Position numbers and translations under genes: made by a program. A DNA stretch of 64,000 nucleotides, from assembly GCF_009914755.1 (NCBI RefSeq), contig NC_060934.1. One strand, written 5' to 3'. Under the pieces are notes generated by a model. The model had not been told where the DNA came from and made no database searches. It saw nothing but the letters and a program-made list of their open reading frames with translations. How positions within the stretch are numbered: the first letter of the stretch is position 1; each line of letters starts with the position of its first letter. Below, piece by piece: positions 54,549-64,000 of the stretch. This stretch comes from the human T2T-CHM13v2.0 reference genome, Homo sapiens.

Positions 54549-55272
54549 TGACTATATTTAAGAAAAAAACAAAACAAAACAAAAAAGAACATGTTATACA
54601 CACACACACACACACACACAAAATACCTACATGCTCATTAAATACTATTTTCCTGTGCCATCTAAGCATATGTTACAGCTGTTAACACTATTCTATACAT
54701 CATATAAAATATCTTTTCCCCTGGATTATAAAGGATTGAAAATAACATTTATTAAATATGAAAGTTTCAATCAGTAGGAAATAAGTTAAAGTAGAAACAA
54801 CAGCCAGCTCAGTATCTACATTGTTTTATAGCTTTATTAAATAAGAATCTGCTTATTAGTCTGAAGTATAATGGCTAAAGTAATATATTTATACTCTCAT
54901 CCTATTAATCACAACTCCTTAAGAAAATTGCCACCAATAGTTTTTTCCTCTACAAATAAGCCAACAATAAAAAGAGGTAAAATATAGATGATAAAATACA
55001 GGAAAAATGTAGAAGAGATGCCTGAGCACAAATAGAAACAATTAAGAATGAGGAATATTGAGTATAGAAAGAGAAACGGAAAAGAAATAGAAATAAAATC
55101 ACACATTAAAAATGATCACAAAACAGGAAAATGACATATATTGAAGACTGGAAATAGAACAAAATTAATATTTTTGTTCTATTAAAGAAATCCTTCCTGA
55201 AATGGGGTCAGGGACTTTGAATCTACGTAATTCAAGGTTTCAGAACTTGCCAGGGAAAAATAATAATACTAA

Positions 55273-55560
<288 letters not shown>

Positions 55561-55955
55561 TTATTTTTTCCAGTCAAAGTATAAGGACCTCCAAGTAAAA
55601 CAGACCAAGTCACATACACAGGAAAGAAAATGAGACATGAGTCAGAATTCTGGATGGCAGCACACAGGGTATGACAGCAGTGAAGTAACAAGAAGAAATC
55701 CATGATTTCTTTCACTGGACAAGTATATATCCACCTAATCTGACCTTCAAGTATAAACTCTACAGAAATAAAGTTCCAAATATGCCACAATAGAATTAAC
55801 ATTGTGCGCAAGAGCCACTATTACCAGAGAACCTAATAGAGAATGACCTTCATTCCAGAAAATATGAGTAGAAAAAAAATGAGCAAAAAATTAATGTAGC
55901 TGAAGACTTTAGATTAAAATAAAAGTTGGGGGAGAGGGATAAGAGTAAATATGTA

Positions 55956-56039
55956 TCAGGTTGGTGCAAAAGTTATTGCAGTTTATGGCATTTTTTTTTT
56001 TAAATGATGAAAACCGCAATTACTTTTGCACCAACTTAA
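55956..56039. mobile_element. MADE1 mariner MITE (palindromic)
   Basis: tcaggttggtgcaaaagttattgc...accgcaattacttttgcaccaacttaa, flanked by TA at 55954-55955 and 56040-56041. Confidence 0.95.
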
Positions 56040-57069
56040 TATGGTGACAAAATAGAAACATATAACTAAAATATGGACAAAGAAGGGAGAGGAGACAAAC
56101 AGAAATCACTCACTGATTGCTTGGTAGGTAATAGGTGGAAGTTTAAGATATAATTCAAAGCTGACAAACAGGATAGCAGAATTGAAATAAGGGAAAGGTA
56201 ATAAGGCTACTATAAAAAGTTTTAGTGTGGAGGCAAACACTAGAATGAAACAGAATTTCCCAAAGAAAAAAGTAAAATAAAACTCTAAAATTTAAGATTG
56301 CCATGAAACTGAAAACACAATAAATAATTCAGTGTATATATAATACAAAGTGTATAGAAGAACTGAGACAAGAGGTCCGTTGTACTGATGAATGGAAATA
56401 AGCTTAGCTCACTTATTAAAAACAAAATGTGTTGTTATTGGCATATAGACGAAAACTTGACGCTGTTATATAAAAGACACATTTTACTTGTAATTGGAAT
56501 GGATAAAAATAAATGGTCAATATCATGTAAGACAAATGTGAACAAAAAATAAACTGAGGGTGGTGATAGGGATATCTGACAAGTTATAATTTACATCAAA
56601 TAATAAAATGGAACAAAGTACGACACCAAACAACACAGCTGTGAGGAATACTCTTCATAATGTCAAACAATTAAAATAAATAAAAGGAGAACAGAAATGC
56701 ACTAGTTATATGCAACCTTGACACATTTCTCTTAGTGCAAAACAAATCATGTGGACGAGAAATGCATAAGAATATAGAAAAGCCAACTGATCAAATTAAT
56801 GAGGTAGTTATTGTGGATTTTTAGTGGATATATAACTAACAATTCAGAAAAGTGGCAAAGTAAACAAAATGAGAGAAAGACATAAGCAAAATGGTATGTT
56901 TTAATAGAGAAAAACACTGAGGCCAATAAATATGCTGCTTCTTTGAAAAATATCTAAATTCAGAAAAGAAGTCAGAAATGTACACACACACCCAAACTAA
57001 TAAGGGGAAATAAATAATTGGTACTGTAAAAATTGATCATATGATTGGGTCTTTCTTTACATAACTAAC

Positions 57070-57808
57070 TGTAACAGAGTCAAGAGGCCAGGAGTAAAAA
57101 GCACTCCGGGCATGTATCAGTCCGTTTTCACACTGCTGATAAAGACATACCTGAGACTGGGTAATTTATAAAGAAAAAGTGGTTTAATGGACTCACAGTA
57201 CCAAGCAGCTGGGGAAGCCTCACAGCCATGGCGGAAGACAAAAGGCACATCTCACAAGGTTCCAGACAAGAGAGAATGAGGACCAAGCAAAAGGGGTTTC
57301 CCCATATAAAACCATTAGATCTGATGAGACTTATTGGCTACCATGAGAACAGTATAGGGCAACTGCCCCCCATGATTCAATTATTTCCCACTGGGTCCCT
57401 CCACACAACATATGGGAATTACAGGATCCACAATTCAAGATGAGATTTGGGTGGGGACACAGCCAAACCATATCAGGGCATAAAACATTACTCTAAGAAT
57501 GTAATTCTCTACAAGTCTAATTTCTGAAACTGCCTGTTCTTACCTAAAAGCAGTTTTATCTAATAGCTACTGAAACAACCAGCTCTGACTGTAAGATTAG
57601 TTTTACCCACCTCTGTAACCAATCAGAACTTGCCTATTAACTTTCTTTCAAAACAATAAGTAGCATTTCTCCTTTTTATAAAATCTCCAAACTTGTCTTT
57701 GTTCTTTGGACATACTGAAGACCACCTAGCCTTTGTGTTTGTTCTGAATTGCAAATTTTCATTTCCCAAATAAAATATTTTAAATTGAGAGATTGTCTGT
57801 TACAGACA
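57070..57808 (+). mobile_element. ERV1-class solo LTR (tentatively LTR37-like), split by a THE1B
   Basis: Starts tgtaac, then ccaatcag, tttttataaaa (TATA-like) and ttcccaaataaaa (polyA signal). The two halves join across the THE1 TSD. Confidence 0.65.
57113..57475 (-). mobile_element. THE1B-like MaLR solo LTR
   Basis: 363 bp. The minus strand begins tgatatggtttggctgtgtccccacccaaatctcatcttgaattgt. Perfect 5-bp TSD gggca at 57108-57112 and 57476-57480. Confidence 0.95.
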
Positions 57809-58098
57809 CTGGAAATTTAAAACAACAAATTTGAAAGACCAAAAGAAAGGAAGGAAGGAAACCAATTAGTCACTTTTTCTAAGAAAATATATTTCATAAA
57901 AACTGACTGACTGCAGCAGAGACAGGCTTAATTTGCAATTTTCTAAGAAGTAGTGGGATTTATCTAAGACCTCTTTCCTACCCACACTAAGACACAGTCT
58001 CATATATTTTCAAAGGGGAATCCTACCACATCTTCAGAAACAAGATAATCCTAACAACATTTTAAGAAGCACAGAAAAATGAAAATAACAATGATACC

Positions 58099-58546
58099 TG
58101 TGATAGAGTGAATGGTGGCTCAAAAAATATATGACAATCTCCTAACTCTGATCTTATTGATCTTGTTTGGAAAAAGGACCTTTGCAGATGTAATTAAGTT
58201 AAGGATCTTGAGATTCAGAGATTACTGTAGAATATCCAGGTGTGCCTTACATGGCATCACAAGTGTTCTTATAAGAAGAGGCTGAGAGAAGTTGGGCACA
58301 CACAGAGAGCACAAGGCTATGTGAAGATGGAACACAAAGAGATGCGGCCACATGTCAAGGAATGCTGACAGCCCCCAGCAGGTGGAAGAGGCAAGGAATG
58401 GATTATCTGTAGAGCAACTAAAGGGCATGTGGCTCTGCTGATGGCTGAGTTTTGGCATTCTGGCCCCAAAAATCTGTGAGAACTAGTAAGTAACTATTAA
58501 ATTACCAAGTTTGTAGTCATTTGTTAGCAGCACAGGAAACTAATAG
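58099..58546 (+). mobile_element. MLT1C/D-like MaLR LTR
   Basis: ctttgcagatgtaattaagttaaggatcttgagat...ggaagaggcaaggaatggatt...caggaaactaata. Confidence 0.85.
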
Positions 58547-58850
58547 GTACCTAACCCTGCGAAAAGTGGAAAGAAAAGAGAACTGCAGAGCAATATAAAT
58601 GCAAAAATCTGAAGCAATATGTTAAAAAGAACAATATACTGGCAGATTTTTAAGAAATGATGATGGATACTTATTCTAGGATTGCATGCAAACCTCAATA
58701 TTAGTAAATCCATTAATTCAGCGATGAGAATTAGAAGAAAAGTAATATGCAGTCATGTGTTCCTTTTTTTTTTAATTACCAAAAAGGCAATGTTTATTTC
58801 TGGTTTTCACAAACTTAATAAAATAGAAATAGATGTTTTCTTAATTTGAT

Positions 58851-58895
58851 TATATATATATATATTATATATATATTATATATATATATATATAT
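58851..58895. repeat. Interrupted (TA)n microsatellite
   Basis: Direct inspection. Confidence 0.95.
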
Positions 58896-59426
58896 GTAAG
58901 CTGGGGCTTCAGTAACTTACCATGAAGTCTGGACTGAATTTATCTGTGACAAATTAATTATTATCATCTTTATTATCTATGGGTGGGGATAGCCTTTGTA
59001 GCTATGACTCAGAATCAAGTTTCTGAAACTTTTAATTAATTAAGCCAAAAAAAAGAGATCCTGTAAATAAATATTAATCTATTTATTTATGTAGATGCAA
59101 AACTGCAAATGTTAATGATAAACTAGATTGTGAATGCACGGATGCTCATTGTTCTATTCTTTCTACTTTTACCTATGTTACCCATTTTTTTCCAGATTAA
59201 AAAAGAGGTATACTTCAATGAGATCTCCTTTGGTGCCCACCAAAAGCAAGTTTAGTGATAATTGTGTATCACGTTTTGTCCCAATTTTAAAAAGGAGAAG
59301 AATGGAACATTCCAGATCAAGAGGAAAAAGATATAGATATTATAGTACAAATCTAGGATAAATAGAGAATTTAACTTTTAGAATTCACTCGTTATCTTGG
59401 TAGTCATAAATGAAAAGTGCTAGTTT

Positions 59427-60697
<1,271 letters not shown>

Positions 60698-61779
60698 AAG
60701 AGTGCTAGTTTTATTTTTTTATTTTAAAGTTTCTATTTTTATAAGCAGACACACAAATACACATGTACATCTTTATGTCTCACTATTAATAAAAGCTGCT
60801 CATCTCCTAAAAATTACTAATAATTGGGATGGCCTGTTAATTTAAAGTTGCTATATTTAGGAAATTGGAAAATAAATCAGGAAGTGAACATTCCTGATAT
60901 GATACAAATATCATAGTAAAAGAAAAATAAAAACATTTATTGTTAATTGATTATTAATTCAAATGAAATAATAGAGATATAAAACATTGTCTTTAGGTTA
61001 GGTAATAAAGTAAAACAAAGAAATTGCCAAAGTTTATTAGAAATTAGAATCTCTTGCCAAAACAGCAAGGAAGAAGAAATCTAAATCCAGCTCTGCTGTA
61101 GTAACGAAAGTGAAAGTATTGTCAAGTATTCTCATATAATTTCCATTTCCCATTTGAAGCCACCTTAAACATTAAAAGCACTATTCTATCAATTTGATTA
61201 AAATTGACAAATTGTTGAATCATAAATTAGCCACAAATATATTTGCTAGCACTGAAAAACATTCAGAACTACGCTAAATGACATTTAAACACATATTCAT
61301 CTCGTGACAGATGAAAAGGGAAAATAGGAACTAAGCTGAAGATGATGAATATATTTAATATTTCATACTGATTCTATAGATTCAAATGCATAGAATTAAA
61401 CGGAGAAAGAAGGGAGGTGAAGGAAAAAGGATTGACTGGAAAATTAAATATGAATGAAACTCCCAAAAAAAGAAAGGGAACATTAAAGTCCCAATCATGC
61501 CTATTGGGATGTCTAAATTTGAAATTATACAAAAATTGTGAATATAGACATGTCAGTGTCAATGTCCTGCTTTCTCTCTGCTTTTTCTTTCTTCAGTGTT
61601 CACCTAATGAGGCAGAAACGTCTGTTTAAGTTCCTAGACTGGTGTTTGAACACCTTGGTTTTCCTGCTTTTTTTTTCTGCATCCATGGTAAATAATCTAA
61701 ATTACAGTGAATAAAAGGGATGAAAACTCCCAACCAGGGAAAAATACCATTCAACTCCTCTGTTACCAGAAAATGAAGT

Positions 61780-61960
61780 GTGAACCAGGTCTCAGTTCAA
61801 CCTTGTTTGTATTCTGACTTCTGAGACACGGGACAAGCTACTCAACCTTTCTGAGCCTCAGTTTCATCTTTAAAAGAAATATTAATAGTAGTAATTATAT
61901 CTGAAAGCCCATACTACATAAAACAATGAGACACTGAAAAATACATATGCTACAAACCAT
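61780..61960 (+). mobile_element. MIR
   Basis: gggacaagctactcaacctttctgagcctcagtttcatctttaaaa is the MIR core. Confidence 0.75.
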
Positions 61961-62957
61961 CTGAAATCAATTGTATTCTTTTTGTGGTTTGCTTTATATA
62001 CTAGTAAGAGTTGTTTGGGATTCCAGTTAATGTGGTAAGAAATGAAAATACACAATTTATCTCACTTCCTGTCAAGCTCTATTAAAAAGAATAAATGTTA
62101 AAAACACCAAAAAAAATCCAAGAGCTTCACAAATGTAAGCATCAGATGTAGGTAGGTGATGAAAACAGGAGGATCACGTGCAACTTTGCATTTCAAACTT
62201 CTTGGTCCTTTGATTCATTTCATACAGTTGTATCCCACTACCCCTCCTGTACCTTAAGAAAAGACTCAAATAAAGTTACTCTTTGGAAAAACTGAATCAG
62301 AGAAGCCTTTCACTTGAGAAACACCAGACACAGATGAGAGTGGTAAGTGGGGACATACTAGAAACAAGAGGTTTACCAGAAATATTTGTATTAAACAGCA
62401 GAAAGGCACACATTGCTTCTGTTCAGTACCTAGAATGCTGGTAGTCAGGCCTATGCCTGAGGCCATCCAGTTTGCAACCATTCCTATATGGGGAGTTTCT
62501 AAATAACTTTTTCACTTTTCAGTCTTAAAAATGAATGAACTAATAAATAACACCATGTAGTTGAGAAGCACATTGACATACACACACTCACACGAACACA
62601 CACACAGAAACACACCAGTAGGAACAAACAAAATAAAGAAACCTAGAAAAAAAATCATGTTTATGAGCAAAGCAGTTTCTCAAATATATAGAGAGATAGA
62701 TATGTGTATATATATATATATAAAACATTCTCAGAGAAACAAAAAGTTTATTTAATAAGATAAAAATAAGTTCTAAAAAGAAAACATTCAGAGAATGAGG
62801 GTTCTAGAGAAATGTTTTTAAAATGATAGAAGAAAATCTATGTGAAAGGTTAGAAGAGAAAGTCAAAGTGAATCTCCCAAACTGTGGTATCATAAAAACG
62901 GGAAGATAAATATGATCAAAGAGGGAATGTGAGATCCAATGAAAAAGAGTTCTAGCA

Positions 62958-63376
62958 TGTGGTGGATTGCATTATTGGTCTCAATTGTTGAGCCTCATCA
63001 ACATGCGCATACTTGCGATGGTCTCATCATGGGTGGAATATGTTTCTTTTCTAATGTTACATAAATGAAAGCAAAAGTGTGCTAATATTAAGCCTGTGTC
63101 TTAAGAGGCTTTATTGTTTCCAGTTGCCCTATTGTACATCTGCCATTGCCATGTGAAGAACATACCTAGCTAATTTACTACTCTGAGAGACATATATGGT
63201 GCTGAGTCTCTCGAACTGACTCACACAGACCTGTAGTGTGAAGCAGCACCACTCAGCTAAGACTTGTGAAGCAATCAAACCACAGTAAGAAGCAGAAAAG
63301 TGAGAAAATAAATGAGCATTGTAAAGGTCTACATTCTGGGGTAGTTTGTATCACAGCGACTGCTAACAGAAATACA
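62958..63376 (+). mobile_element. MLT1I-like MaLR LTR within old L1M 5' sequence
   Basis: tgtggtggattgc...ctgccattgccatgtgaagaacat...gtgagaaaataaatg...gtttgtatcacagc...aataca. Confidence 0.7.
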
Positions 63377-64000
63377 GAGAGACAGATAAAACAGAAGTCA
63401 TAAAATGGTCAAAGAAATAATTTCAAAAACTGAAGAGAATGTAATGTTGCAAGTTCAAAGGCATAAAGAAGTGTCAAACACAATGAATAATAATAATGAT
63501 TATAATAACAATACAAATCAAGTAACAATTATGATATTAAACAACAAAATGGATATGAAATAACTCCATACTTTCTGGAGGCATTGGTAAGTGTAGTAAA
63601 CGTTTTCATATAAACCATAAAGTGAGAAATCATTAAGTATTGTTAATAGCAACAAGTATCTATGAGACAACTGTAGAGAAATGATTTAAAAACTCTATGG
63701 GGAAATTATTTTCAACTGAGAATTCTATATCCAGGCAATTTATACTCAAGGGTAAGAGTTGAATAAAGGCATGATAGAAATGTAATATCATAGAACGTTT
63801 AAGTCCCAGGGATGCTTCCTTAATAAGCCCTTTGAGGAAATCATTCAACAAAAAAGAGAAATAAAAAAGTATTGTTTAGACTATGCTGACATGAGATCCT
63901 ACGTCTCCAGAAATGCTTCAGGCTTAATGAGCAATAGAATCAAATAGGCGGAAACAAGAAAATGGTATCAGCAAAACAAAATATAAATGATTGTAAAGTG
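63377..64000 (+). mobile_element. Old L1M ORF1-region remnant
   Basis: aaagaaataatttcaaaaactgaag; ttattttcaactgagaattctatatccaggcaatttatactcaagggtaagagttgaataaaggcat. Confidence 0.55.

Noticed and set aside
57070-57808. LTR nested within an LTR
   Set aside because: Real but commonplace nesting; recorded as features only.

Overview
Primate (human-like) non-coding genomic DNA. It is AT-rich, CpG-depleted and made mostly of interspersed repeats: 9 Alus, L1 fragments of many ages, L2, MIR, a near full-length Tigger1, MER5/58/82/112, MADE1, and ERV1 and MaLR LTRs, plus microsatellites. No credible protein-coding gene, RNA gene, CpG island or CRISPR array is visible. The ORF track is explained by repeats and chance; the only real protein similarity is decayed Tigger1 transposase. 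I found no new gene system. The unusual signals are structural: (1) an AluY with an inverted 5' half, a 14-bp TSD and priming microhomology, the twin-priming geometry normally seen in L1s; (2) an ~800-bp inverted duplication of an L2 segment whose identity falls from about 90% in the core to about 75% at the inner end; (3) a 65-bp 64/65-identical inverted copy 4.3 kb apart; (4) several snap-back hairpins and local duplications inside old repeats. Repeat subfamily names come from my recall of consensus sequences and need RepeatMasker/Dfam confirmation.
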